Source: Bacillota bacterium
GTDB taxonomy: Bacteria; Bacillota; DTU025
Reading direction: 5' to 3'
DNA: 64,000 nucleotides
Assembly (NCBI GenBank): GCA_050951805.1
Contig: JBMNJT010000008.1
Span: 64,001-128,000, forward strand
The notes below the pieces were generated by a model, which saw nothing but the letters and a program-made list of their open reading frames with translations, did no database searches and was not told where the DNA came from. The translations under genes were made by a program, and so were the position numbers. Below are positions 41,535-52,536 of the stretch, in pieces. How positions within the stretch are numbered: position 1 is the stretch's first letter; each line of letters begins with the position of its first letter.

Positions 41535-42320
41535 ATGGAAGAATACGAGCAAAACGCGCTTTCGAGCACGCGTCATGTCATTGGAGTAATGAGCGGAAAG
41601 GGTGGAGTGGGCAAGTCGTCGGTAACGGCTCTTACCGCGGTCGCGCTGGCCCGAATGGGATACAAAGTAGGCGTAATGGACGCAGACATTACCGGCCCTA
41701 GCATACCCAAGATGTTCGGTGTTCATGGCAAACTTGATTCTGCGGAGACAGGGCTCTTTCCGGCGCAAACAGAGAGGCTGGGGATTAGGATAGTCTCCCT
41801 CAACTTGCTTTTGGACAGGGAAGACAGGCCAGTAGTATGGCGCGGTCCTCTTCTTGCCGGAGCAGTAAGGCAGTTTTGGACAGACGTTAGCTGGGGTGAT
41901 CTCGATTTCATGATAATCGACCTTCCACCGGGAACGGGCGACATTCCGCTTTCAGTCATGCAGTCGATACCGGTCGAGGGGCTGATAACGGTTTCATCCC
42001 CGCAGGACGTAGCGGCTCTCGTCGTTCGCAAAGCGGTGAACATGGCCGAGATGATGGACAAACCCATAATCGGGCTTATCGAGAACATGAGCTACATCAA
42101 GTGCCCTGGATGCGGCGAAACGATGTATCCCTTTGGGAAGCCGGCAGGCGCTGGATTTGCCTCTGAAATGGGAATTCCGTTCATCGGGGAAATGCCTATC
42201 GATCCCGCTCTATCTGAAGCAGCCGATAGGGGCGAAATCGAGATGTATGAGAGTCCAATCATGCAGGGGATCGCCGAAGCTGTTGTACGGCACGTACAAG
42301 CGAGTGCGCAAGAAGAGTAG
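41535..42320 (+). CDS. mrp: Mrp/ApbC (NBP35) Fe-S carrier ATPase
   Basis: SGKGGVGKS, DADITGPS, WRGP, DLPPGTGD, ENMS..CPGC. Confidence 0.92.
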   Translation: MEEYEQNALSSTRHVIGVMSGKGGVGKSSVTALTAVALARMGYKVGVMDADITGPSIPKMFGVHGKLDSAETGLFPAQTERLGIRIVSLNLLLDREDRPVVWRGPLLAGAVRQFWTDVSWGDLDFMIIDLPPGTGDIPLSVMQSIPVEGLITVSSPQDVAALVVRKAVNMAEMMDKPIIGLIENMSYIKCPGCGETMYPFGKPAGAGFASEMGIPFIGEMPIDPALSEAADRGEIEMYESPIMQGIAEAVVRHVQASAQEE

Positions 42321-42418
42321 CGCGTCGGCGCTGCGCGAGAGAGATTCACACAAGTTTCTCTTGAAAAGGGAGAGTGAAGCAGGGCGGTCTGCAAAGATAG
42401 CCCTGCTTCTTGGATCAA

Positions 42419-45298
42419 TCAAAATATGCTTGCAACCTTTCCAGCTTCGCCCGACAGAATCTGGTTCGGATTGGAAGGCGCCGATGTCCTGCCGTCCTTG
42501 AGAATGTAGGCTCGGTCCGCAACTGAAAGAGCGGCCTTCGCGTTCTGCTCCACCAGAAGAACCGCGGTTCCAGCCCGGTTTATCTCGGCAATGGCCTCCA
42601 TAACCCTTTCCACCATTATAGGTGCTAGCCCCATGGAGGGTTCATCCATGCATATGAGGCGGGGAGATGTGACGAGAGCCCTTGCAATGGCCAGCATCTG
42701 TTGTTCGCCCCCGGACAGGGTTCCGGCGAGCTGTGATCTCCTGTCTGCCAGGACAGGAAAGAGGGAGAGCGCTCGGTCGATGCCTTCCCGGGCCCCTTCC
42801 GGGTCTCCTAAGGCATCAGCCGCCACTTCCAGGTTCTCCATCACCGTGAGTTCCTGAAAGACCCTTCGTCCTTCCGGCACAACTCCCATGCCCATCCTGA
42901 TGATCTCGTTGGTTTCCCGTCCGTCTATCCGCTCGCCCATGAACCGGATCTCCCCCCGAGTGGGGCGGAGCCTTCCTGCAATAGTCTTTAGCAGGGTGCT
43001 CTTGCCTGCAGCGTTCACTCCTAAAAGCGCCACTGCTTCGCCGGGATTGACGTAGAGGTTTGCACCCTGCAGGACCACTGCGGGGCCGTATGATGAATTG
43101 ACATCTATCAGCTCGAGGAGGGGCGTGGGAAGCCCCGACGTAGCAGCTGACGACGTCGACATGGCATTCGATGCCAAGCTTTGAGCCGGCTTTCGATCTG
43201 GCGCCGCGGAACTGCCAAAGTAGGCGCGGATGACCTCCTGATCCTTTGCCACTTCGCTGCATGAACCTTCAGCTATCTTTTCGCCGTGGTCCAGAACAAT
43301 CACCCTATCGCACGCCGACGCGATCAGGTCCATGTGATGCTCGATAACGACGATGGTGTAGCCGCGGTCCCGAAGCGCCACGATCTCTCTCGCCATCGCC
43401 GCGATCTCCTCCGACGTCATCCCGGCGGCAGGTTCGTCGAGGAGGATGAACTTCGCACCTGTGGCCAGCGCTCGGGCCATCTCCACTCGGCGTTTGTCGG
43501 GGTATGAAAGCTCTGCAACGATGTCAGATTCCCGCTTCTCGAGGCCGCAATCCATGTCCGAAAGGATGTGCCTTACGCACAAGATGTCCTCCTCTTCCTT
43601 GCGAACATGGGACTTTGTCCTGAAAAGCACCTCCCAAAGGTGTGCGTCTTGCTTCAGGTGGCGTCCGGCGAGGACGTTCTCGAGGACGGTTTGTGTTTCA
43701 TAAAGCCTTATATTCTGAAACGTCCGCGCCGCTCCCATCGCTGCCACTTCGTGCGGGGATTTGCCTACGATCGATTGCCCGTACAGTCTGATGTCGCCCG
43801 CACTTGGGTTCGCAAGGCCTGTAATCAGGTTGAAAAGGGTCGTTTTACCCGCTCCGTTGGGACCGATTATCCCGAGGATTTCGCCGCGCTTGACCGTGAA
43901 ACTCACATCCGAAAGAGCCTGCACTCCCCCGAAACGGCAGCTTAACCCCGTAACCTCGAGAACTGTGGCTTGCCCTGGCGACGCCGATGTGCTCGCGCTG
44001 CGGATAGCTTCCGGCTCGCCGCCATTATCGGGTATGGGGCAGGATGAAGCAGACACGGCATCATCTGTTGTTCTTTCGGCAAGACCTGCGTTCGCATTTG
44101 TGCCCAGACATATACCTGGGCCAGGGTGTGCGCCATGTGCTCGGGTCGGGTCGACCCCGACCAGTCTTTCGCCTGTGGCGATCAAGCCTTGGGGGCGGAA
44201 GATCGCGAGCAGTACCAGGGCGAAGCCGTATATGAGCATCCGATAGACGCTGTATGCGCGAAGAACCTCGGGCAGCACCTGAAGAAGCAGCACTCCCAGC
44301 ATTATCCCTGGCACGCTTCGAGTCCCGCCCAGCACGAGCATGCAGTAGAGGGCGATGGTCTCGCTCATAGTGAAATTCTGAGGAAAGACCGCCCCCTGCC
44401 AGGAAGCAAAGAGTGCTCCGGCAAGTCCGGCGATTGCTGCAGCGCCTGCGAAGGCCGACACTCGGTATTTCCTCACGTTCACGCCCATGCATTCCGCGGC
44501 AGTCTCGTTCTCACGCAGCGCATTCCATGCCCGGCCCACCTTGGAACCTGCGAGCCTCGATACGCCTATCAGCACCGCCGCGGCGAAAATCCAGATGAGA
44601 ATGTATTGCGATTCCATTGACGCTAAAGACGAGCCGAAGATGTGCGGCGGATCTATTGCGACTATCCCGTTTGGGCCGCCTGTGATGTTGATAGGGCGAT
44701 CCATGTTGTTCAGGAGTATACGGACTATCTGGCCGAACCCCAAGGTAACCATAGCCAGGTAGTCACCGTGAAGACGAAGGGTCGGCAGGCTCACGGCAAA
44801 TGCCGCGATCACCGCCGCCGCCACAGATGCCGCGGCTGCCACGAAAAAGGGCATGTGTATCCCGAACTGGGGGGATGCGAGCAGCGCGTATACATATGCT
44901 CCGATCCCGTAGAATCCCGCATAGCCCAGATCGAGGAGGCCTGCCTGTCCCGCCACGATGGAAAGCCCCGCTGCCAGCATCAGGTATATGCCGACAGACC
45001 CTCCCGCACGCATCAGGTAGTAGTTCTTCGTTATCAAGGGGACGGGCAAGAGAACGGCATAGCCCAAGAAGACGAGGGCGCGCTCGATCGGGACGCGTCC
45101 GCTTTGCCACAGGCCCAACCGCTCCAAAAGTCCGATTCGAAGCCGTCCGCCGGCGAGATTGGGCCCATCGGCTGCCTTGGCGGAATTTGACGCCCGAGTG
45201 GCCGCTTCCGGTGCCACCTGCGCCTGCTCGGCTTCTGTTTGCCGGAGCGATGCGCTGTGGGGGTGCTTTTCAGTGGTATTCACGCATTCATTGGACAT
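42419..45298 (-). CDS. LivM-LivG-LivF triple fusion (permease plus two ABC ATPases)
   Basis: LRLHGDYLAMVTLGFG permease; GPNGAGKTT...LLDEPAAG; GVNAAGKST...LSGGEQQMLAIAR...DEPSMGL, all in one 959-aa ORF. Confidence 0.9.
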   Translation of the reverse strand: MSNECVNTTEKHPHSASLRQTEAEQAQVAPEAATRASNSAKAADGPNLAGGRLRIGLLERLGLWQSGRVPIERALVFLGYAVLLPVPLITKNYYLMRAGGSVGIYLMLAAGLSIVAGQAGLLDLGYAGFYGIGAYVYALLASPQFGIHMPFFVAAAASVAAAVIAAFAVSLPTLRLHGDYLAMVTLGFGQIVRILLNNMDRPINITGGPNGIVAIDPPHIFGSSLASMESQYILIWIFAAAVLIGVSRLAGSKVGRAWNALRENETAAECMGVNVRKYRVSAFAGAAAIAGLAGALFASWQGAVFPQNFTMSETIALYCMLVLGGTRSVPGIMLGVLLLQVLPEVLRAYSVYRMLIYGFALVLLAIFRPQGLIATGERLVGVDPTRAHGAHPGPGICLGTNANAGLAERTTDDAVSASSCPIPDNGGEPEAIRSASTSASPGQATVLEVTGLSCRFGGVQALSDVSFTVKRGEILGIIGPNGAGKTTLFNLITGLANPSAGDIRLYGQSIVGKSPHEVAAMGAARTFQNIRLYETQTVLENVLAGRHLKQDAHLWEVLFRTKSHVRKEEEDILCVRHILSDMDCGLEKRESDIVAELSYPDKRRVEMARALATGAKFILLDEPAAGMTSEEIAAMAREIVALRDRGYTIVVIEHHMDLIASACDRVIVLDHGEKIAEGSCSEVAKDQEVIRAYFGSSAAPDRKPAQSLASNAMSTSSAATSGLPTPLLELIDVNSSYGPAVVLQGANLYVNPGEAVALLGVNAAGKSTLLKTIAGRLRPTRGEIRFMGERIDGRETNEIIRMGMGVVPEGRRVFQELTVMENLEVAADALGDPEGAREGIDRALSLFPVLADRRSQLAGTLSGGEQQMLAIARALVTSPRLICMDEPSMGLAPIMVERVMEAIAEINRAGTAVLLVEQNAKAALSVADRAYILKDGRTSAPSNPNQILSGEAGKVASIF

Positions 45299-45367
45299 CG
45301 GCTATGCCGCCTTTCAGATTAGTGATTGTATACCGTTGCCTCATCGGTTGGCCATCGTGCTTGCTCC

Positions 45368-46294
45368 TCACGCCCTGGCTTGCTGGGGTTTACCGTAGAG
45401 TCCGTGGGGGCGGAGGATGAGGGTGAGTATTAGCACAGCAAAGACGATGGCGTCTTTGTAGACCGGGGGCGCGATCAGCACCCCGAAGCTTTCCGCCAGC
45501 CCGAGCAGGAGTCCTCCTACTACAGCTCCACGGAAGCTCCCTATCCCCCCCAATACTGCCGCGGTGAAGGCCTTCATTCCTGCCGAAAACCCGATCATGA
45601 AATCTACTTGGGTGTAATACAGGCCTATCATCACCCCCGCCAGCCCCGCTAGGGCCGAGCCGAGCATGAATGTGGCGGATATAACCAGCGACGTTCGGAT
45701 TCCCATGTATTCCGCCGCCTCCGCGTCTTGGCTCGTCGCTCGCATCGCCCGGCCGAACTTAGTCTTCAGCACCACGGCATCGAGGATGACCATGGCCAGG
45801 ATGGACGTGCCCAACATGGCGAGGCGTGTCGCAGAGATGGCCGCGCCTGCGACGTGGACGACCATGTCCTGTGGGATCAAGAGCTCAGTCGGGAAAGTCT
45901 TGGCCCTCCCAGACGTGAGGAGCATCGCTGCGTTCTCAAGAATGATGGAAACGCCAAGGGCTGAGATGAGGGGGGCGAGGCGAGAACCGCCCCGGAGCGG
46001 CCTATAAGCGAACCGTTCAATTGCCGCGCCGAGAAGAGCGGTCGCGACTATAGCCCCCAGCGCCATCGCAGCCAGAGCCAGAGCGGGCATGGCTATGAGC
46101 CCATTCTGTTCGAAGAGGGAGAGGACTGCCCAGCCCGCGAAGGCCCCGACCATGAAGACGTCACCGTGGGCGAAGTTGAGCATCTTCAAAACCCCGTAAA
46201 CCATGGAGTAGCCCAGGGCGAGGAGGGCGTATACACTCCCGAGCGTGACCCCGTTTACTATCTGTTGCGGAACTTGAGCCAGAAACTGTTCCAT
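45368..46294 (-). CDS. livH: Liv-type ABC permease LivH
   Basis: NGVTLGSVYAL.ALG, NFAHG, GRAMRA, KAFTAAVLGGIG. Confidence 0.92.
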   Translation of the reverse strand: MEQFLAQVPQQIVNGVTLGSVYALLALGYSMVYGVLKMLNFAHGDVFMVGAFAGWAVLSLFEQNGLIAMPALALAAMALGAIVATALLGAAIERFAYRPLRGGSRLAPLISALGVSIILENAAMLLTSGRAKTFPTELLIPQDMVVHVAGAAISATRLAMLGTSILAMVILDAVVLKTKFGRAMRATSQDAEAAEYMGIRTSLVISATFMLGSALAGLAGVMIGLYYTQVDFMIGFSAGMKAFTAAVLGGIGSFRGAVVGGLLLGLAESFGVLIAPPVYKDAIVFAVLILTLILRPHGLYGKPQQARA

Positions 46295-46382
46295 GAAATT
46301 CACCTCAATTGAGCTTTGCGGACGCCGCGTTTTACGGAATTGGGCCCTTGGGCTAACCTTTAAGGACGAGCGTGGCGCCGGC

Positions 46383-47573
46383 CTACTTGGCTCGCACCGT
46401 CGCAGGGTATTCCTTCACAGGCACGAACTCTTTGCCCTTCACCTGATAGACGAAGATGCTGGCTCCCACCACATCGCCTTTTGAGTCGAAACTTATCGGG
46501 AATCCGAGGATGCCCTTGTAGCCGCGGGTCTTGCCCAGCGCTGCGAGGACATTGGCCCGGGTTATCTTCATCGGGTCGGAATGGGCTCGCCTGGCCGCAT
46601 CTATCAGAATATTGGCGGCCTCGTACGATTGCCCGCCGAAGACGCTCAGGGCCCCGTATTTCGACTCGAACTTCCGGATGAAGTTGCGGGCTTCAGGAAC
46701 CTCCCTGATGTCTCGGCCTATGGAGGTGACATACATTCCTTCGGCAAGCCCTGCTGCGCCGTCGATCAGCTGGTCCTTCTCTTTTAGCCCGTCGCCGCCC
46801 ATAAATACCGGCTTGAGTCCGAGGCCCGCGGCTTGTTTGATCAAGCTAGCCGCCTGTGCGGGGTTGGCCAAGCCGAGGTAGACCAAATCGGGCGCGGATG
46901 ATTTGACCCGGGTGAGGATGGGGGAGAAGTCCCTGTCCTCCATGGATATCTGCCCTCGGAGAACCCTAACGCCTGCAGCCTTGAGGGCCGGTTCCACTTG
47001 GTCTGAAAGGCCTTGGCCGTAGGTGGTCTTGTCATCTATGATGTATACCGTCTTTGCCTTTAGGACTTCTATTATGAAGCGGGCTGAAGCCGGCCCCTGA
47101 GCATCGTCGCGCGGACAGATCCTGTGCATCACCGTGTAGCCCATCTCAGTCAAGTCGGGATTCGTTGCCGACTGGCTTATGACGGCAAGGCCTGCTCTCT
47201 GATACGTTGGGAGGGCTGCCTGGGCGGTGGCGCTGTTCATGGGCCCGATAACACCGATGACTGAACGGTCCATCGCGAGTTTTTCCGCTACCAGAATCGC
47301 CTTGGACGGGTCCGCTGCATCGTCTGCCTCCACTATCTCGATTTTGCGCCCCCCGATTCCGCCTGCTGCATTCGCCTCATCCACGGCCATCCTTATGGCG
47401 TTCAATCCGTCAAGCCCGATCTTGGACACATCGCCGGTGTAAGGCCCTGCAGCCCCTATCTTGATGGGAGTGAGCTTTGCCGATCGGCCCAGCCCTGTTG
47501 CGGCTGTAAGCAACAGTGCCGCCGCCACGGCAAGGCAGATGATCTTCATTTTGCCTCTAGAACTCTTAATCAT
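46383..47573 (-). CDS. livK: Liv-type (HAAT) substrate-binding protein
   Basis: Signal peptide, KIG.AGP.TG, NAAGGI.G, DD...P, DDAQG, YGQGL; ATG 47573 after AAGGAGG. Confidence 0.9.
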   Translation of the reverse strand: MIKSSRGKMKIICLAVAAALLLTAATGLGRSAKLTPIKIGAAGPYTGDVSKIGLDGLNAIRMAVDEANAAGGIGGRKIEIVEADDAADPSKAILVAEKLAMDRSVIGVIGPMNSATAQAALPTYQRAGLAVISQSATNPDLTEMGYTVMHRICPRDDAQGPASARFIIEVLKAKTVYIIDDKTTYGQGLSDQVEPALKAAGVRVLRGQISMEDRDFSPILTRVKSSAPDLVYLGLANPAQAASLIKQAAGLGLKPVFMGGDGLKEKDQLIDGAAGLAEGMYVTSIGRDIREVPEARNFIRKFESKYGALSVFGGQSYEAANILIDAARRAHSDPMKITRANVLAALGKTRGYKGILGFPISFDSKGDVVGASIFVYQVKGKEFVPVKEYPATVRAK

Positions 47574-47721
47574 GGTAGTGGCCTCCTTTTTCCTGCTTGA
47601 CTGGTCAGTTGGATGAAAGCCGATGCTGTCGCACCTTTCAGCCTGGCCACGCGGCCAGGGCCAGAGGGCTGCGCTCGGGGACAACCACATTGAGAGCCGC
47701 GATGCCTCGGGCTTCGACGGT

Positions 47722-48012
47722 ACGCAAAAAAGCCCGTCCGCCAAGGGACGAGCTCAAATCTCGTGGTGCCACCCTAATTGGATAGGATAACCTATCCCAC
47801 TTATCCAGGGCGCGGCCTCCATCTCGGTGAAGGCGATGCCCCTGCCCGATAACGGGGGCTTCCGGCTCAGCCTACTAGGCTCCACGCACGCATTGTGCGC
47901 CTTTCGGCCTGCGACTCCGGGGCCCACTCGCCACATCCTTCCCGCAGGGCTTTCACTCTCCCCCGCTCGCTATGGGATGGTTTTTCTGCGGCGATCTTCC
48001 CCATCAAAGTCT
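47722..48012 (-). ncRNA. T-box riboswitch leader
   Basis: Stem I with GA motif (GACTTTGATGGGG...CCCCGGAGTC), AGCGAG/GAGTGAAAG, CCGTTA, T-box AATTAGGGTGGCACCACG, CTCGTCCC antiterminator arm and a terminator ending GGACGGGCTTTTTT. Confidence 0.9.
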
Positions 48013-48042
48013 TTTCATCCACACATGATTCAGTTTCGTACT

Positions 48043-48071
48043 ATTTAACACCAGAGGAGTAGAGTTGTCAA
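48043..48071 (-). promoter_or_regulatory. Promoter upstream of the T-box
   Basis: TTGACA-17 bp-TTAAAT on the minus strand. Confidence 0.55.
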
Positions 48072-48239
48072 GAGGCAGTTTCTTGCCCCGAGTGGAGTCC
48101 CGATGGAAGCATACCGATGCAACTGGTTCTAGACCAATCGGTGTTATGCCAGGATGTAGTAGGCGTGAACGCGGCCTATCGAGGGTACGCCATAACGGGC
48201 AGGTTGATTTGGAGCGTGGCGTGTTACAGATACGACGGC

Positions 48240-48443
48240 CATGATCCTGGCGCCCTCTGGAAAACGAAATCGAGCTCCAATCCCGTGCCGCACCTGAGGC
48301 CGGGGATGGACAGGGATCTGGTTGGCAACAGAGTAGAATTCATGGAAGGTCGGCATTATCTCCTGCATGTGCGCCTCATACGTTTCAACTCTTCTATCGA
48401 AGAACTTGGCCATTTGCTCAAAGCCGTTGTGTCCATCACTCAT
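48240..48443 (-). pseudogene. Remnant of a class I SAM methyltransferase
   Basis: EQMAKFFDRRVETYEAHM followed, in another frame, by GLRCGTGLEL (degenerate DLGCGTG motif). Confidence 0.55.
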
Positions 48444-49047
48444 GGCCCATGTCCTCCCTTCATAATACGGAGCTCTAACGAAATCAGACAGGGCAGCGAG
48501 GAGAGTTCGTGTTCGGCAAAGTAAAGACTGAGGATAAAAAGTCACGCGACGAACGCGCTCAGCCCGTATGGCGTTGTCGGTGCCTCTAACTCTGGCATAG
48601 ACACGCCCTGGCCCGCAGGGGCCTGACATGTTCCTTTCGAAGTAAGTTTTCCCCCGTCGATTCTGCCATTGGCTCTGGCTACTGCCTATAGCGCACCATA
48701 GTCGACGGAGCGTTTCGAGCCGCCAGCAGGTCGCTCTGCCATGGATTCCAGCTTCAGGACGATGCGCCGGCGTTCTGCACTGTAAATGCCAATAAGAAGG
48801 ACTTGCGAGGCCCTGAAAAGAATCAATCTATTTGTTGCCTGGCGCTGCCAGTTCAGTTCGGCTAGCTATACTGCCGAGCCAGTCGAAGATTGCGGCTCTT
48901 GTGCCCTGCTAGGCGGGAGCGTATGGCCTGAATACCCGCTGGGCGCGGGCGGCTGCCGTTGGAAGAAGACAGAGCGCGTTAGAACGGAAAAACGGATGCG
49001 AGGAGGAAAGCGGCGTCTGCAGCGGCAGCTGCCGGCGCAGAAGCGAC

Positions 49048-52000
49048 ATGGTCTATAGCCCCCCGATAGTTCGAACCAAATTCGTGCCGCCGTTACCAAG
49101 AAAGAAACTCTTGAACAGGCCTAAAATTATCGAGGCCCTTCAAGGCATTGCCTCCTACCGTGTAACTATTGTCCAGGCCGGCCCGGGATATGGGAAGAGC
49201 ACCGCTCTCGCGTCCTACCTCGCGCAAAATCGCACGCCTGCTGCATGGTACAGCGTCAGCGGCGAAGATGCTGACCCCAATGTCTTTATGGCCCATCTCA
49301 TCTGGTCCCTCCGCGCTTTGTGGCCCGCCATCGGGGGGCGGTCCTTGTCGATGCTGGAGGAACGATACGACGTTGTGGTGCGGCGCGATGCTATCGATCT
49401 TCTTGCAAACGATATCCTCGATATGATCGACGACGACTCTGTCATGGTCATCGATGATTACCACTTAGTGGGCGGGAATCCCGAAGTCAACGAACTTGTC
49501 GAACGCCTGATCAACACCGCTCCGCCTCACTTTCACGTTGTCCTTTCGACCAGGGAGCGCCCCTCCTTTGGTTCACTGGCCAGATGGCGCGTGAAAGGCG
49601 AAGCGCTGGAGATAACCGAGGCCGACCTGGCTTTCACCAACGAAGAGATATCCGCCTTGTTCACCGGAGTCTATGACTATTTGATCACCCCCCATCAGCT
49701 AACTGCGATATCCGAACGCACCGAAGGATGGATCATTGCCTTGGAGATGACGTGGCACGCTCTGCGCGAAGGAGCATCATTCGAAGACCTTATCACCAGG
49801 CCGGCCGCCTCGCTGACCAGCGTCTTCGACTACCTCGCCCAGGAGGTCCTCGTGAAACAGGCGCCCCATGTAGTGGAATTCCTCATTGACGTCTCAGTCC
49901 TTGACGAACTGGATCCGGCTATCTGCAACCACGTCTCGGGCAGGGACGACAGCGACAGCATCCTTGCCGGGTTGTCTTCCAGCGGACTCTTCGTCTACTC
50001 GACAAGATCAGGGGCGTACAGGTTCCACAACCTCCTCAGGGAACATCTGCGCCGGATCTGTCGGAAGGATCCAGGAAGGTGGGCGGCAGCGAACCAGAGG
50101 GCGGCCGATTACTATGGAGAAAGAGGCCAGAGCCTGCAGGCAGTGGATTGCCTGCTTGCAGCGGACGATTGGAACGCCGCGGCGCAACGCCTGTCGAACG
50201 TGGCGCCTGAACTTGTGACGAGTGGGAGATATGATGCTCTCGCTGCGAGGCTCAGCGATCTTCCCGGAATTGTCCTGGAGGCCTATCCTGACCTATTGGT
50301 TTACAGAGCTGACGTTTACAGGTTGACCAGCGACTACCAGAACGCCCTGTCATGGTATTCCATGGCCGATGAGATCTTTGCAGCCAAATCCGACAATACT
50401 GGAAGGGTGCGTGCTCTCAAGGGGAAAGCAATGATCTATCTCGATACAGTCCAGCCCGCAAAGAGCGAGGAACTGCTTTCGGAGGCTTTTGGACTCGTCG
50501 CTTCCGATGACAGGCTGGAACAGGCCGCCCTTCTCAGGATGATGGCTGAAACTAAGACAAATGAAGGTCAAATTCAGGCCGCTGTCGAATTCGCGCGCTC
50601 TGCCGAACAGCTGATAAACCAGGCAATGGAGGACGAACTGGACATAAGGGTTCACCTTCGAACCGGTAGGCTCTCGTCTGCCCTCGATTCCCTGCGCCGC
50701 AGGGTAGACAAGGAGAGCGGATCTTTCAGGCCTTCCCGGTCACACAGAGAAACACAGCTCCTTCTCTCGCTGATCTACTCACTCATAGGCGAAGGCGATG
50801 CCGCTCGCAGTTGCGCCGAGGCTGGAATAGCCCTCGGACGCGACCTCAAAGCTCCCTTTGTCGAAGCCGTAGGCTACATGCGCCTTGGTCATGCATGTTA
50901 TATAAGCCCGTATTTAGGCGCCCCTGATGCAGAGGAGTGCTACAGGCGGGCACTGGAGATTACGGATGAGATAGGGGTGGTTCGGGGACGGGCCGAACCC
51001 CTCATGGGCCTTGCGTTGCTCCATGCCGCAAGGGGCGAGGCGGCGCTGGCAGAGACAGAAGCCCGGGAAGCGATGGAGATATGCCAGGCAGCCGGCGATG
51101 AATGGCTTGCCGGATTCGTTCAGCTCGGCGTGGGTTCGGGCTTGGCCTCGTCAGGCAATGACCTGCAGGCCCGCGCCTGGCTGGAAACGGCCGATGAAAC
51201 ATTTGCAAGGTGTGGCGATGAATACTGCGCAACTGTCTGCAGCATGTGGCTTGCAGTATTGGCCCTGCGCGGCCAGGAGAACGAGGAGCGTTTGACGGGG
51301 ATCCTTGAGATCCTTTTCAGAGATGTGAAATCCCACAGCTACGAGTTTCTCTTCACCAAGAGGACGCTTTTCGGCCCGCCAGACTTGGGGGCGTTGGCGC
51401 CATTGCTCATAGAGGCGAGCCGCCTCGGCGTCGACAGGGAACACGTGGATTGGATCAGATCAGTGACTGGCCTTCCGGAACTGGAATACCATCCTGGTTA
51501 CACTCTTCACATTAGGACACTCGGCAGGTTTGCGCTCTATAGAGGCACAGAGGAGGTTTCCAACCGAGAGTGGCAAAGGGAGAAGGCGCGAAGCCTCTTC
51601 CAGCTGCTCGTAGTAAACAGAAAGGCATTCCTCCACAGGGACCGAATCCTCGATGCGCTCTGGCCCGGGCTCGATTCGGACATTGCTGCTAGGCACCTGA
51701 AAGTGGCCTTCAATACGATGCTCAACGTGCTCGAACCCGACAGGCCTCCGCGGCTCACTTCATTCTGTGTTACCCGCGAGGGGCCGCTCTATTGGCTTAA
51801 CCCGCACTCAGGATGTTGGGTGGATGCGGATGAATTCGAAAGCCTGACCATAAAAGCGAGGCGTCTCGCCGAGACCGACCCTGAGGCCGCCCGCGATCTT
51901 TATCGGAGCGCCCTCGACCTTTACCGAGGGGACTTTCTTCCTGAGTGTCTCTATGAGGACTGGGCGACGGTCGAGCGCGAACGGCTTTTGGCTCTGTATC

Positions 52001-52272
52001 TTCGCTCAGCTCAGAGCTTCGCAGGACTCCTGTTCTCAGGCGGCGAGACTGATGAATGCATCAACGTGTGTGAGCAGGTGATTGCGAAAGATGTATGTTG
52101 GGAGGAGGCCTATCGCCTCCTGATCCTCTGTTACCTTCAGCGGGGCAACAAGTCCATGGCACTCAGGGTGTATGAAAGGTGCGAGACGACGCTCAAAGAC
52201 GAAATGGGTGTAGGGCCTAGCCGCGACACCATGGCAATATTCCAGCGCGTCAGGATGATGCCTGAAAGGTGA
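49048..52272 (+). CDS. MalT-like STAND ATPase/TPR regulator with C-terminal wHTH-BTAD (SARP) domains
   Basis: AGPGYGKST, IDDYH, TEGW, RFHNL; C-terminal TLGRF...LWP...VDADEFE...LYRGDFL...YEDW, DVCWEEAYR. Confidence 0.9.
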   Translation: MVYSPPIVRTKFVPPLPRKKLLNRPKIIEALQGIASYRVTIVQAGPGYGKSTALASYLAQNRTPAAWYSVSGEDADPNVFMAHLIWSLRALWPAIGGRSLSMLEERYDVVVRRDAIDLLANDILDMIDDDSVMVIDDYHLVGGNPEVNELVERLINTAPPHFHVVLSTRERPSFGSLARWRVKGEALEITEADLAFTNEEISALFTGVYDYLITPHQLTAISERTEGWIIALEMTWHALREGASFEDLITRPAASLTSVFDYLAQEVLVKQAPHVVEFLIDVSVLDELDPAICNHVSGRDDSDSILAGLSSSGLFVYSTRSGAYRFHNLLREHLRRICRKDPGRWAAANQRAADYYGERGQSLQAVDCLLAADDWNAAAQRLSNVAPELVTSGRYDALAARLSDLPGIVLEAYPDLLVYRADVYRLTSDYQNALSWYSMADEIFAAKSDNTGRVRALKGKAMIYLDTVQPAKSEELLSEAFGLVASDDRLEQAALLRMMAETKTNEGQIQAAVEFARSAEQLINQAMEDELDIRVHLRTGRLSSALDSLRRRVDKESGSFRPSRSHRETQLLLSLIYSLIGEGDAARSCAEAGIALGRDLKAPFVEAVGYMRLGHACYISPYLGAPDAEECYRRALEITDEIGVVRGRAEPLMGLALLHAARGEAALAETEAREAMEICQAAGDEWLAGFVQLGVGSGLASSGNDLQARAWLETADETFARCGDEYCATVCSMWLAVLALRGQENEERLTGILEILFRDVKSHSYEFLFTKRTLFGPPDLGALAPLLIEASRLGVDREHVDWIRSVTGLPELEYHPGYTLHIRTLGRFALYRGTEEVSNREWQREKARSLFQLLVVNRKAFLHRDRILDALWPGLDSDIAARHLKVAFNTMLNVLEPDRPPRLTSFCVTREGPLYWLNPHSGCWVDADEFESLTIKARRLAETDPEAARDLYRSALDLYRGDFLPECLYEDWATVERERLLALYLRSAQSFAGLLFSGGETDECINVCEQVIAKDVCWEEAYRLLILCYLQRGNKSMALRVYERCETTLKDEMGVGPSRDTMAIFQRVRMMPER

Positions 52273-52536
52273 GGAGAGTGGGCTAATACAGGATTTGGGA
52301 TGCGGGCGATTCGGGCTTTCAGGCTGTGGCGTCGAGGTTCATTCTCTAAACCGACAAAAACGAGCGGCGATCAAAGAAGATACCTTGTCCATTAAGAAAA
52401 CTGTGACATAGCCGATTTCATGTTGCCGGCACATACTGTGGCGGGCCCCGAACGTGCTCAGGAGGGGAATAGGGTAGCCTGCGAGGGATTGTGTTCGGGC
52501 AAATCCGGTCGCAGTAAGATTGGAGGAAGCGCAGCT

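Noticed and set aside
42591-47442. Many long antisense ORFs over the liv genes (and similar ones elsewhere)
   Set aside because: These are shadow frames of well-supported GC-rich genes, with no motifs of their own.
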